Shown here: piece by piece, positions 40,173 through 49,697 of the stretch
Position numbering within the stretch: the stretch's first letter is position 1
Layout of the letters: each line of letters opens with the position of its first letter
From: Deltaproteobacteria bacterium
GTDB taxonomy: Bacteria; Desulfobacterota; Binatia; DP-6
Reading direction: 5' to 3'
NCBI GenBank assembly: GCA_005879795.1
Contig: VBKJ01000135.1
Span: 286 to 64,285, forward strand
DNA length: 64,000 nt
Notes under the pieces: model-generated
The model's input: the letters and a program-made list of their open reading frames with translations, nothing else
Database searches by the model: none
What the model was told of the DNA's origin: nothing
Position numbers and translations under genes: made by a program

Positions 40173-42941
40173 CTACGGCGAGACCGCGAAAGCGCCCGCC
40201 AGCGGCAGGTCGCGCGACGACGGCCCGACCTCGACCGTGTACGCGATCGGCTCGACGACGAGTGCGCCTGCGCCCGCGTCCCAGTACGCGAGGTCTGGTG
40301 CCCGCACCTCGAACGGGACCGTGCGGGTCTCGCCGGGCTCGAGGTGGACCCGGGCGAACGCCTTGAGATCACGCACCGCACGGTCGACGCGCGAGCCCCT
40401 GTAGCCGACGTAGAGCTGCGCAACCTCGTCGCCTGCGACGGGGCCCGTGTTCGTCACGTCGGCGGTCACGCGCACGCGGCCCCACGGTGAGGCGGTCGCA
40501 GGTGTGATCGCGAGGTTCGAATAGCGGAACGTCGTGTAGGCGAGCCCGAAGCCGAAGGGGAAGAGCGGGGCGGTGTCGTTCCGGTCGAGGTAACGGTAGC
40601 CGTGGAAGTAGCCGTACTGGACCGCGGGGCTCGTGTCGTCGAACGGCGGGAGGTCGCTCTCCGCGCGCGGGAAGGTGACCGGCAGCTTGCCGGACGGATT
40701 CACGTCGCCGAAGAGCACCTCGGCGATCGCCGTCCCGCCGGCCTCGCCGGGATACCAGGCCATCAGCACGGCGGCCACCTGGTCGAGCCAGGGCATCAGG
40801 AGTGCCCCGCTCCCCTCGAGGACGACGAGGGTTCGAGGGTTCGCTGCCGCCACTGCCGCGACGAGCGCATCCTGGTCGCGCGGCAGGGCCAGCGACGGGC
40901 GGTCGCCGATCGTGATCAGTCCCTCGCCCTCGTCCTGGAACGTGAGCCCGACGACGACCACGGCCGCGTCCGCCGCCGCGATCAGCGCCAGATCGGCGGG
41001 GGAGGGTGAGCTCGTGTCGACGTAGGCGACCGTCACGCCGCCGGCGCGCGCGCGGATGCCGGCGAGCGGCGACACGGCAGAGGCGGGAACGACGAGGCTG
41101 CTCCCGTGGTCCCCGAGGTCCGCCATCGCGGCGAGCGGCCCGACGACCACGAGCGAGCGCGCGCGCGCCGCGTCGAGGGGCAGCGCCCCGGCTTCGTTGC
41201 GGAGCAGCACGATCGACTCGCGGGCCGCCTGGAGGGCGAGCGCCACGTGTGCGGGGGTCTCGACCTGGGTCGGGTCCACCTTCGGCGGGTCGGAATCCAG
41301 GCGGAAGCAGAGCTGTACGCGCAGGGTGCGACGCACGGCATCGTCGATCGTCGTCAGGCGCACCTGGCCGGCCGTCACGGCATCGGCGAGCGGCTTGCCG
41401 AAGTAGCTGGGGGCCGGCATCTCGACGTCGAGCCCCGCCTCCACCGCGGGCACCGTGCTGCGCGTTCCGAGGACCCAATCGGACTCGACGAAACCCTGGA
41501 AGCCCCAGTCGCCGTCGAGCACCTCGCGCAGCAGGTGGGTGTTCTCGCTGCAGTGCGCGCCGTTCACCTGGTTGTATGCCGCCATGACGGCGCCCGCGTG
41601 CCCCTCCTGCACGGCACGGCGGAAGTGTGGGAGAAAGACCTCGCGTAGGGACCGCTCGTCGACCGCGACGTCGACGGTGAAGCGGGTATCCTCGATGCTA
41701 TTGAGCGCGTAGTGCTTGGGGTTCGCGATCACGTGGCGCTGTGCACCGCGCACGAATGCGACCCCCATGCGGCCCAGGTGGACGGTGTCCTCGCCGTAGG
41801 TCTCCTGCGCCCGCCCCCAGCGCGGGTGGCGCAGGATGTTCACGACGGGCGCAAGGATCATGCTCCCGCCCTTCGCGCGGGTCTCGACGCCGATCGCCTC
41901 GCCGACGCGCTCCTCGAGCGCCTCGTCCCACGTCGCGCCCCTCGCCATGCCGACCGGGAAGCACGTCGCGTTCCCGCTGACGGCGCTCACGCCGCGCGCC
42001 CCGTCGAGCATCCCGATGCCGGGGATGCGCAGGCGCGCAACCGCCGTGATGCGACCTGCGAGACCCGGGGTGAAGAGGCTGACGCCGTGCATCTGATCGA
42101 GCTTCTCGGCGAGGGTCATGCGGGCGAGGAGTCGATCGATGCGACGCTCGACCGTCGCGCCCGTATCGCCGCAGAAGCCCGGGTTGGGGCGCTCGGCCGC
42201 GAGCGCGTCGTCGGCGGCCGCGCCGGCCACGCGGAGAAGGCACTGCGCGAGCGTGCCGCCGTCCGCCGGCGCGTCGCACGGGACGCCGAAGTGGGCCGCG
42301 CCGAGCGCCGCGCCCCCGCAGCGGGCGGCAATGCGGGCCGCCGCCCGGCTCCCGAGCCGCGCGAGCCGGGCGGCGAGCGGCGGGTATTCGGCACAATCGC
42401 TCCCGGCCGCGAGGGCGCGCGGCGGATGCCGGTGGCATGCCGTGAGGAGGTGAACGCGGCCGAGGAGCACCTCGCGCGTGCGGCCCGTCGCCTCGAGCTG
42501 GCACGCCCGTGCTGCCTCGGGCAGTGCGGCGGGCGCGGCGTCGGAGACGGCCAGCACCGCGTCTGCGTCGGCATCGTGGGTGCCGACGAGGCAGCCAGCG
42601 ACCGCGTCCGGGGTGCGGGCGTCGGCGCAGTCCCCACCCAGGTGGAGCGCCGCCGCGGCCTCGACCGAGCACGCGCGGCCGAGGCGGCGGCGCGCGGCCC
42701 GCGCCGCGGCCGCCCGGCGCCGCGCAATCGCTGGGTCGGCGAGGCAGTCGGTGCTCGCGGCCCGCGCCCCGGTCGCCACCGCGCGCGCACACGCGGCAAG
42801 CAGCCCCGTCGAGCGAGCGAGCAGGCGCGGTCCCACCCTGGCGAGCGCCCGCTCGCACCGCCGTTCGGCGGGTCCAGTGGCGCGCGCGGCGCCGGTCGCG
42901 AGCAGGATGACGAGGAGTCCCGCCGCCCCGCACGTAGGCAT
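40173..42941 (-). CDS. Secreted GH3 beta-glucosidase with Cys-rich N-terminal extension and Fn3-like C-terminus
   Basis: GRAQETYGED, KHY, ESDW nucleophile, WYPGE, PLFPFGFGLAYT, EVAQLY. Start refined to 42941. Confidence 0.92.
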   Translation of the reverse strand: MPTCGAAGLLVILLATGAARATGPAERRCERALARVGPRLLARSTGLLAACARAVATGARAASTDCLADPAIARRRAAAARAARRRLGRACSVEAAAALHLGGDCADARTPDAVAGCLVGTHDADADAVLAVSDAAPAALPEAARACQLEATGRTREVLLGRVHLLTACHRHPPRALAAGSDCAEYPPLAARLARLGSRAAARIAARCGGAALGAAHFGVPCDAPADGGTLAQCLLRVAGAAADDALAAERPNPGFCGDTGATVERRIDRLLARMTLAEKLDQMHGVSLFTPGLAGRITAVARLRIPGIGMLDGARGVSAVSGNATCFPVGMARGATWDEALEERVGEAIGVETRAKGGSMILAPVVNILRHPRWGRAQETYGEDTVHLGRMGVAFVRGAQRHVIANPKHYALNSIEDTRFTVDVAVDERSLREVFLPHFRRAVQEGHAGAVMAAYNQVNGAHCSENTHLLREVLDGDWGFQGFVESDWVLGTRSTVPAVEAGLDVEMPAPSYFGKPLADAVTAGQVRLTTIDDAVRRTLRVQLCFRLDSDPPKVDPTQVETPAHVALALQAARESIVLLRNEAGALPLDAARARSLVVVGPLAAMADLGDHGSSLVVPASAVSPLAGIRARAGGVTVAYVDTSSPSPADLALIAAADAAVVVVGLTFQDEGEGLITIGDRPSLALPRDQDALVAAVAAANPRTLVVLEGSGALLMPWLDQVAAVLMAWYPGEAGGTAIAEVLFGDVNPSGKLPVTFPRAESDLPPFDDTSPAVQYGYFHGYRYLDRNDTAPLFPFGFGLAYTTFRYSNLAITPATASPWGRVRVTADVTNTGPVAGDEVAQLYVGYRGSRVDRAVRDLKAFARVHLEPGETRTVPFEVRAPDLAYWDAGAGALVVEPIAYTVEVGPSSRDLPLAGAFAVSP

Positions 42942-43685
42942 GGCGCGACTCGCGCGCGGCCCGACGACAGTTCGCTCGAGCGTCACGGCAGCGTGCGGCT
43001 CTCGCTCGTCGTCGGCCCTCCGAGATCTCCGGCACCGAACGACGCCGGTCGGAACGCGAAGGCATCGTCCGTGATCGTCTTCGGCTGGACCGCGGTGGCC
43101 GCGAGCGACAAGGGCTCCCTCCGATTACGTCTGCCTACCCCAATGAGATCCCCTACCTCAAGGGAAATGCCACCAGTGCGGTGCGACCGGGCCAGGGCCA
43201 CCCGTGGCGACGTGGTCAGTCGGCGTACCCGAGCGCAAGCAGTCTGTGGCGCTGCTCACCGTCGTCGCGTCGTCCATCCGCCCCCCTCCATGACCGCCAA
43301 CCCAGGCGGTTCGCGCGCCAGCGTCATCGCTCGACACGCTCATCTGGGAAATGGCTAAAGCGTGTGGCCGACGAGGTCAGTGTGCCGTTCCCGGAAGACA
43401 TCCACTTCCAAGGTGAGCCGGAGCAGAAGTAGCCCGCGCAGTGAGGGAGACGGTCCGGGGACTACCCTGCGGCATGCCCGCCCTCCGTGCGACGTGAGGT
43501 TCCCCGATGGACGCGACCATGACAAATCCGAGAGGCCCGCGTCGCTGTGAACGCGCTGGAGGCTGCTCTCTCAAGGCCGGTGCCGCAAGAGCATCAGCGG
43601 GCGGTGCAGGCGCTCAGCCTTGCCATAGAGCCCGAGGCTGAGCCGACACGGGTGTTCGCATGATCGTAAGTGGCTGGATCCTGAC

Positions 43686-43769
43686 TGCCGAGGAGGGGAG
43701 TCGAACCCCTACACCCTCGCGGGCGGAGGATTTTGAGTCCTCTGCGTCTGCCAGTTCCGCCACCTCGGC
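43686..43769 (-). tRNA. trnL: tRNA-Leu (CAA)
   Basis: GCCGAGG acceptor stem pairs with CCTCGGC, anticodon arm GAGGA-CTCAAAA-TCCTC, long variable arm, T-arm AGGGG-TTCGACT-CCCCT; CCA not encoded. Confidence 0.97.
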
Positions 43770-43858
43770 GCGCGCGCCAGCGTAGCCGCTTCGCGCGGCA
43801 CCCGCCAGCACGGGACCATCGAGGCGCTGCCGAGCGCCCGGCGCACCGCGCCTGACGG

Positions 43859-44563
43859 CTACGGCTTGGCGGGCGCACCCCCCTGGTCCCGGCGGTCGAC
43901 CGCCAGCGCGCGCGGCACCACCGCGGGTGCGGGGCGCGCGCGGATCTTGCGGGCGGCTTCCGCTGCCAGGCTGCGCAAGAGCGGGTCCTGCGCGTCCCTG
44001 GCCAGGACCTCGAGCGACGGCAGGGCGGCCGGATCACCGATGTCGCCGAGCGCGAAGATCGCATTGCCGCGCACCGCGGGGTCGACGTCGCGCGAGAGGA
44101 AATCCATGATCGGTCCGGTCGCGCGCGTGTCGCCGATCCTGCCCAGGCTGGCGAGGATGCGTTGCTTGGTGCCGAGGTCGGTGTCGCGCATGAAGAGCTG
44201 CTGGACGAGAAGCGGAGTCGCGTCCTTGGCCTTGATGTGGCCGAGCGTGTCGATCGCCTTGATGCGCACGCGCATATCGGGGTCACTCGCCGCCGCGACC
44301 AGGTATTCGGTCGCCTTCGGATCGTCGAGCTGCCCCAGGGTGCGGATCGCGTCGAGGCGCTCCTCGACGTCCTCGCTCTTCAGCTTGCGCGCGCTGTCAC
44401 TCAGCTTCTGGCTGTTCTCCGGCTTGCGGTAGCGGTCGCGGAGGTGGCCCCGGGGAGAGTCCTCCTGACCGAAGGGCACGATGGCGTCCTGCGCGAACGC
44501 GAGCGCCGGGAGAAGGACGGTGGCGAGTGCGAGCCGGGCGCTCGGCCGCGCGCGGGGCGACAT
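43859..44563 (-). CDS. HEAT/PBS-lyase-like repeat protein with signal peptide
   Basis: Repeats RLDAIRTLGQL, RIKAIDTLGHI, RGNAIFALGDI. Start refined to 44563. Confidence 0.8.
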   Translation of the reverse strand: MSPRARPSARLALATVLLPALAFAQDAIVPFGQEDSPRGHLRDRYRKPENSQKLSDSARKLKSEDVEERLDAIRTLGQLDDPKATEYLVAAASDPDMRVRIKAIDTLGHIKAKDATPLLVQQLFMRDTDLGTKQRILASLGRIGDTRATGPIMDFLSRDVDPAVRGNAIFALGDIGDPAALPSLEVLARDAQDPLLRSLAAEAARKIRARPAPAVVPRALAVDRRDQGGAPAKP

Positions 44564-44683
44564 CGCGCGGAGTCTCGCGCAGGCCGGCGCGGATTGCAAC
44601 CGACCGCGGACCACGCGCAGAAAAATGGCTTCCGCCCGCCGGAGGTTCTTGCTAGAAGCGGCGCGCACCGAAGGCACGGGGCG

Positions 44684-45466
44684 ATGGGACGAGCGACGAC
44701 CAGCCGGCGGGCGACCCTGGACGGCCTCGCGCGCATCCTCGATGCGGGGGCGCCCGAGGAGCTCTTCACCGGGCCGCAGGAAGAGGCGCACTTGCTATAC
44801 GGGCTCCTCGTCGATGCGGCCCGGGGGCGCAGGTCGGCGCACTACTGGGAGATCTGCCGCACGGCCCGCCGCCGGGGCGTCGTGCCCGAGTACGTCGCGG
44901 ATCGCGCCGCGGTCCTGCTCGCCACCATCGAGGACCGGCGGCGGACGGACCTCTACCGCATCCTCGGCGTGCCCGCGCTGTCCTCCGGGGAGACCATCCG
45001 CGAGCACTGGCTCGAGCTCGCCAAGCGGCTTCATCCGGACGTGGGCGGCGACGGCGCGCGGTTCCGCCGGGCGCAGCAGGCCTATGAGGTCCTGCGCGAC
45101 CCCGCGCGCCGCGCCGAGTACGAGCGCTTCTGGCTGCGTGCGCTCGGCCCGTTCGAACGCGTGGCGCCGCGCGAGGACCTCCCGCCGCTGGAGGTGATGG
45201 GGGCGACGGTTCTGCCCGTGCGGCGTCCGCCGGTCGAGGAGCCGCTGCACGCGGCGCCGCCCTCGGTCACGGAGCCCGCCCTGGCGCCGGTCGCAGGGGC
45301 CGACGTGACCGGCGTCCTCGCGCGCATCACGGCGCTCCTCGCCCCGATCGGCGCTGCCGATCTGGAACGCCTGCGGGGCGAGGTGGCGCGCGCGATCACC
45401 GACCTCGAGACCGTGCGCGACGAGCTCCGCGCGCTGGCGAGCCTCAAGCTGGCGCTCGACGCGTAG
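44684..45466 (+). CDS. J-domain protein with central J domain
   Basis: DLYRILGV...LAKRLHPDV...QAYEVLRDPARRAEYE. Start refined to 44684. Confidence 0.88.
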   Translation: MGRATTSRRATLDGLARILDAGAPEELFTGPQEEAHLLYGLLVDAARGRRSAHYWEICRTARRRGVVPEYVADRAAVLLATIEDRRRTDLYRILGVPALSSGETIREHWLELAKRLHPDVGGDGARFRRAQQAYEVLRDPARRAEYERFWLRALGPFERVAPREDLPPLEVMGATVLPVRRPPVEEPLHAAPPSVTEPALAPVAGADVTGVLARITALLAPIGAADLERLRGEVARAITDLETVRDELRALASLKLALDA

Positions 45467-45506
45467 CAGCGCAGCGACGGCGGCTGCGGCCCCCGGACGT
45501 GCGCTC

Positions 45507-46142
45507 CTACTCCGCCGCGAGCGCAAGACGCGGCGGCTCCTCCGCCGGCGTCTCGCGGCGCGCGAGCGCCGCCTCCCAGGGCGCCGTCGCGGCGAGGAGA
45601 CGCGCCACGTCGAGCACCGGCAGCGTCGTCGTGGGCACGCTCGCGAGGCGGCTCCGTCCCTCCGCGAGCAGGCTCCGTGCCCCGCGCGGGTTCCCGTGCG
45701 CGAGGTGATGGTAGGCGACCGCGATCTGGATCACGCCCTGGAGCGCCTGCCGCTCCGCACCGGCCGCGGTCTTCCACGCCGCCTCGAGCACCTCGTGCAC
45801 CTCGAAGAAGAGCCGCTCGTTCCAGAGCGCGGCGGCGACGCGGCAGGCGCGCACGACGCCGGCGCCGGCGGGGCCCTGCCGAAAGGCGGCGGCGGCACGC
45901 AGCGCGCGGCTCGCGTGTGCGGCCACCGCTGCCGTGTGCGGCGCGTGCACGGGAAGGAGCGCGCGCCCGCCCGGGTCGATCAGGTGCACGGCCGCGAGGC
46001 GCGCTGCGGCAGCGGGCGGCGGCGCGGCGGTGGGCGCGGCGAGCCAGCCGAGCGCGGCGGTGGCCGCGTCGTCCTCGCAGGCGGCGAGCGCCAGCTCCGC
46101 GAGCGCGTTGCGCAGCGGGAGCGGAAAGCCGGGTGTGGCCAC
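45507..46142 (-). CDS. DUF309 domain protein
   Basis: LWNERLFFEVHEVLEAAW, LQGVIQIAVAYHH. Confidence 0.85.
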   Translation of the reverse strand: MATPGFPLPLRNALAELALAACEDDAATAALGWLAAPTAAPPPAAAARLAAVHLIDPGGRALLPVHAPHTAAVAAHASRALRAAAAFRQGPAGAGVVRACRVAAALWNERLFFEVHEVLEAAWKTAAGAERQALQGVIQIAVAYHHLAHGNPRGARSLLAEGRSRLASVPTTTLPVLDVARLLAATAPWEAALARRETPAEEPPRLALAAE

Positions 46143-46194
46143 GCGCGTCTCTCCCCTGTTCTCGGCGTCCCTGGTGTGCTACCAGGCCGGCGTC

Positions 46195-47055
46195 GTGGGT
46201 CCTGTCTACACCGCGCACGTCACCGTCCGCCACGACGAGCTCGACCGCTTCGGGCGCCTCCACCCGGGCGTGTACCTCCGCTACCTGGCGCACGCCGCGG
46301 TCGAGGCGAGCGCGGCGGCCGGCTGCGACGGGGCCTGGTATGCGCGGGCGGGCGCGATGTGGCTCGTCCGCCGCTCGACGCTCGCGGTGGCGCGCCCCGC
46401 GCGGGCGGGCGAGCGCCTGGCGATCCGGACCTGGGTGGAGGACTTCCGGCGCGTGCGCTCGCACCGCCGCTATGCGGTGCAGGCCGCCGACGGCGCACCC
46501 GTCCTCGATGCGCTCACCGACTGGGTCTACGTCGACGTCGAGAGCGGGCGGCCGCGCCGCGTGCCGCGCGAGCTGGAGACCGCTTTCGGCTTCGAGGCTG
46601 GCAACGGGCGTGGACGCGACCCGTGGAGCGCGCCCGCGGCGCCGCCGGCGCCGGCGCAGGGCGCGCACCGCGTGCGTGCCTGCGAGGTGGACTCGATCGG
46701 GCACGTCAACAACGCCGTCTACCTCGACGTCGCGACCCAGGCGGTGCTGGATGCGATCGAGGACGCGGGCTGGTCGCTCGATCGCATGCTCGCGGCGGGC
46801 CATGTGCCGGTCCTCACGCGCGCCGACCTCGAATACCTCGAGGGCGCGCGCTACGGCGACCGGCTCGAGGTCGCGACCTGGTTCACGTGGGCGCCCGAGG
46901 CGCTCGACGCGCACCAGCGCATCGTGCGCGCGGGCGGCGAGCGCCCGCTCGTCCGGGTGAGCACCCGCTGGCGCTGGGTCGCCGCGGCGGGCGGCGAGCC
47001 CCTCGCGGTGCCGGACGGCGTGCGCGCCGCGCTCCGGCCGCTGTTCGCGGCCTGA
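46195..47055 (+). CDS. Tandem hotdog acyl-ACP/acyl-CoA thioesterase
   Basis: VRHDELDRFG and EVDSIGHVNNAVY in two hotdog halves; GTG start inferred. Confidence 0.85.
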   Translation: MGPVYTAHVTVRHDELDRFGRLHPGVYLRYLAHAAVEASAAAGCDGAWYARAGAMWLVRRSTLAVARPARAGERLAIRTWVEDFRRVRSHRRYAVQAADGAPVLDALTDWVYVDVESGRPRRVPRELETAFGFEAGNGRGRDPWSAPAAPPAPAQGAHRVRACEVDSIGHVNNAVYLDVATQAVLDAIEDAGWSLDRMLAAGHVPVLTRADLEYLEGARYGDRLEVATWFTWAPEALDAHQRIVRAGGERPLVRVSTRWRWVAAAGGEPLAVPDGVRAALRPLFAA

Positions 47056-47058
47056 AGA

Positions 47059-47826
47059 ATGGCGGACACCACGGCGCTCGCGGGCCGCGTGGCCGTGGTC
47101 ACCGGGGCGTCGTCCGGCATTGGCCGGGCGGTGGCGCACGAGCTGGCCGCCGCGGGTGTGCGCGTCGTGCTCGCCGCCCGTCGCGCCGGCCGGCTCGCGG
47201 AGGCGGTGGCGGCGATCCGCGCCGCCGGCGGCGGGGCGGAGGCCGTCGTCACGGACCTGCGCGACGAGGCGGCGGTCGAGCGGCTCGTCGAGGGCGCGGT
47301 CGCGCGCCACGGGCGCCTCGATGCGCTCGTCAACAATGCGGCCGTCGGCCACATCCGTCCCGTCGCCGAGGGGCGAACCGAGGAATGGCGCGCCGTCCTC
47401 GAGACCAACGTCCTCGGCACGCTGGTCGCGTGCCGCGCGGCGCTCCGTCACATGCTGCCGCGCGGCGCGGGCGACATCGTCAACATGACCTCGGCCTCGG
47501 CGCACGAGGCCTGGCCGTACCTGGCCGCCTACTCGGCCTCCAAGGCGGCCGTGCACACGCTCTCGCGCGCGCTCCGCGCCGAGGTGGCGGCGCAGGGCAT
47601 CCGTGTGATGACGATCGAGATCCACAACGTGGCGACCGAGTTCGCATCCAACTTCGATCCGGCGCTCCTGCCGGCGGCGACGGAGCGCTGGAAGGAGCTC
47701 GGGCTCCTGAATCCCCACACTCCGCTGCTCGCGCCCGAGGACGTGGCCCGCGCGGTCGCCTTCCAGCTCGCTCAGCCCGCGCACGCGAGCGTCCACCACC
47801 TGACCCTCCGCTCGCGCGCGAACTAA
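47059..47826 (+). CDS. SDR family oxidoreductase
   Basis: TGASSGIG, NNAA, YSASK. Confidence 0.92.
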   Translation: MADTTALAGRVAVVTGASSGIGRAVAHELAAAGVRVVLAARRAGRLAEAVAAIRAAGGGAEAVVTDLRDEAAVERLVEGAVARHGRLDALVNNAAVGHIRPVAEGRTEEWRAVLETNVLGTLVACRAALRHMLPRGAGDIVNMTSASAHEAWPYLAAYSASKAAVHTLSRALRAEVAAQGIRVMTIEIHNVATEFASNFDPALLPAATERWKELGLLNPHTPLLAPEDVARAVAFQLAQPAHASVHHLTLRSRAN

Positions 47827-47862
47827 CCGTGGGACGGGGCACGCCCGTGCGTCGGCGCCCGG

Positions 47863-48393
47863 CTACGAGGCGCGCGCCAGCGGGGGCGCGCCGAGGAGCG
47901 CGCGGCAGCGGGCGAGCCAGCGCAGGTGCGCCTCCGCCTGGCCGAGCGCGGCCTCGTGCGCGAGCCGGCGGGTGACCGGCGCGTCGGGCCGAGCCGCCTC
48001 CTCGCGGACGAGCGAGAGGTAGCGGCGGTACTCGGTCTCCTGCCGCTCGAGCTGGGCGAGGACCGCGGCCGGCCCGCCACGCTCTGCCGCCAGCAGGCGG
48101 ACGAAGATCTCGTCGCGCAGCGGCGCCGGCCAGCCCGGCCGCCGGGCGAGCCAGGCGCCGAGCGCCCGCTCGCCGCGGGGGGTCAGGCGGAAGACGCGGC
48201 GCGTGCGCGTGCCCACGTCCTCGTCGCGCCGGGCGACGAGCCTGCGCCGCTCGAGCTCGTGCAGGAGCTGATAGACTTGCCCGATGTTGGGATGCCAGAA
48301 AGGCCCGATCCGCCGGTTGAAGCGCTTCAAGAGCTCGTAGCCGTGCGCTTCACCTTCGCCGAGCAGCGCCAGCAGCGCGTACCTCAAGTGCAT
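47863..48393 (-). CDS. PadR family transcriptional regulator with C-terminal domain
   Basis: LRYALLALL, HGYEL, GQVYQLL, RRVFRLTPRG. Start refined to 48393. Confidence 0.92.
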   Translation of the reverse strand: MHLRYALLALLGEGEAHGYELLKRFNRRIGPFWHPNIGQVYQLLHELERRRLVARRDEDVGTRTRRVFRLTPRGERALGAWLARRPGWPAPLRDEIFVRLLAAERGGPAAVLAQLERQETEYRRYLSLVREEAARPDAPVTRRLAHEAALGQAEAHLRWLARCRALLGAPPLARAS

Positions 48394-48420
48394 GCCCCTG
48401 CCCTCCCCGCCGGGGCGGGA

Positions 48421-48436
48421 AGCGAGCGGCGTGCCA
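48421..48436 (-). promoter_or_regulatory. Candidate sigma54 promoter TGGCAC-GCCGC-TCGCT
   Basis: One mismatch from consensus, about 28 bp upstream of the PadR ATG. Confidence 0.5.
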
Positions 48437-48593
48437 GCGGCGGAAGCGCGTAGATCTCGTGTCCGCGGTGCGCGCCCGTCAGCCGAGGCTGACGGCCGCG
48501 CCCCCTCCGCGCGGCCGGTGCTGCGACCGGTCCGTGACCGGCCGTTCACACCCGCCGGGCCCGCTCGGCGCGGCTCGTCCTCGCGCGGTCGGC

Positions 48594-48827
48594 TCAGCGG
48601 GCCGGACCCGGCTCCTTCTCGTCGTCCAGCGTGGAGTCCTGCTCGCCCGCGTCGCTCGTGACGGTGCCCGGTGGGGGTGTGATGCCAACCGCCTGACTCC
48701 AGTCGATGTCGTCGTCGACCCCCTCCGCCGCCTTCTCGCGCCGGTCTCGCTTGCGAGCCTCCTTGGCCTCGTGCTTGGCCTTGCGCTGGAGCTCCTTGGC
48801 CCGCTTGTTCGAGCGGAATCGCGCCAT
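48594..48827 (-). CDS. Small hypothetical protein with basic N-terminus and acidic C-terminus
   Basis: 77 aa, K/R/E-rich helix then DDDIDW; lysine-rich, unlike GC shadow ORFs. Confidence 0.65.
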   Translation of the reverse strand: MARFRSNKRAKELQRKAKHEAKEARKRDRREKAAEGVDDDIDWSQAVGITPPPGTVTSDAGEQDSTLDDEKEPGPAR

Positions 48828-48905
48828 GGGGATTCTTTACCAGGCGATTCTGCCTTCGTCCACGGCGCACTTGACTCGCCGGAGGGCGCGTGCGAGCGCG
48901 ATCCC

Positions 48906-49697
48906 ATGTCGCCGCCGGAGCGCGCCGAGTTGCTCGCGCTGATGGATGCCAACATGGTCGCCGTCTACGTGGCCGACACGCGCGCGACACCGGGGGGAGC
49001 GGTCGCGGAGACGCCTGGCCTCGTCATGTGCCGCACGCCGCACGGCACGGTCGCGACCAACATGGCGATCGTCACGGGCCGGACCGACGCTCCGAACCTG
49101 CGCGCAAGGGCGCTCGCCTTTTACGGGCCGACCGACAGCCCCTTCTCGGTGTGGACGCGCGAGCACGCCGACGCGGGGCTGGAGGCGGACCTCGGCGCGT
49201 CCGGCTTCCATCCCATCCATCGCGAGCCCGGCATGGCGTTGCTCCCGGGCGCCGGGCGTCCCCCGCCGCCGCCCCCCGGGGTCGCCATCCGTCCCGTGAC
49301 CGACGACGCCGGCCGCGCGGACTACGCCCGTGTCATCGCCCGGGCCTTCGCGCTCTACGGCGCGCCCGAGGCCTCGACCACCGAGCACTTCGCCCGCCTT
49401 GCGGGCGTCGTGGGGCCGACGACGCAGGCCTACCTCGCCTACCGGGACGGGCGCGCGGTCGCGGGCGCCATCCTCTACATGGCGTACGGCGTGGGCGGCA
49501 TCGGGTGGGTCGGCACCTTGCCCGAGGAGTTCGGGCGCGGCTACGGCCGGGCGGTCACCTGGGCGGCGATCACGGAGGGGCTGCGCCGCGGCGCGCGCTT
49601 CACGAACCTCCAGGCCTCGCCCATGGGCGAGCCGATGTACCGCCGCATGGGCTTCACGACCGCGACGCACTACCGCTGGTTCCTGGCCACGACGTGA
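48906..49697 (+). CDS. GNAT family N-acetyltransferase
   Basis: VGTLPEEFGRGYG acetyl-CoA motif, QASPMGEPMYRRMGF. Start refined to 48906. Confidence 0.88.
   Translation: MSPPERAELLALMDANMVAVYVADTRATPGGAVAETPGLVMCRTPHGTVATNMAIVTGRTDAPNLRARALAFYGPTDSPFSVWTREHADAGLEADLGASGFHPIHREPGMALLPGAGRPPPPPPGVAIRPVTDDAGRADYARVIARAFALYGAPEASTTEHFARLAGVVGPTTQAYLAYRDGRAVAGAILYMAYGVGGIGWVGTLPEEFGRGYGRAVTWAAITEGLRRGARFTNLQASPMGEPMYRRMGFTTATHYRWFLATT

Larger units (their letters stand above)
37386..43684. mobile_element. Degenerate tRNA-Leu-integrated genomic island, no intact integrase seen
   Basis: Bounded by the 26 bp direct repeat; contains gene remnants and patches of visibly lower GC. Confidence 0.75.
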
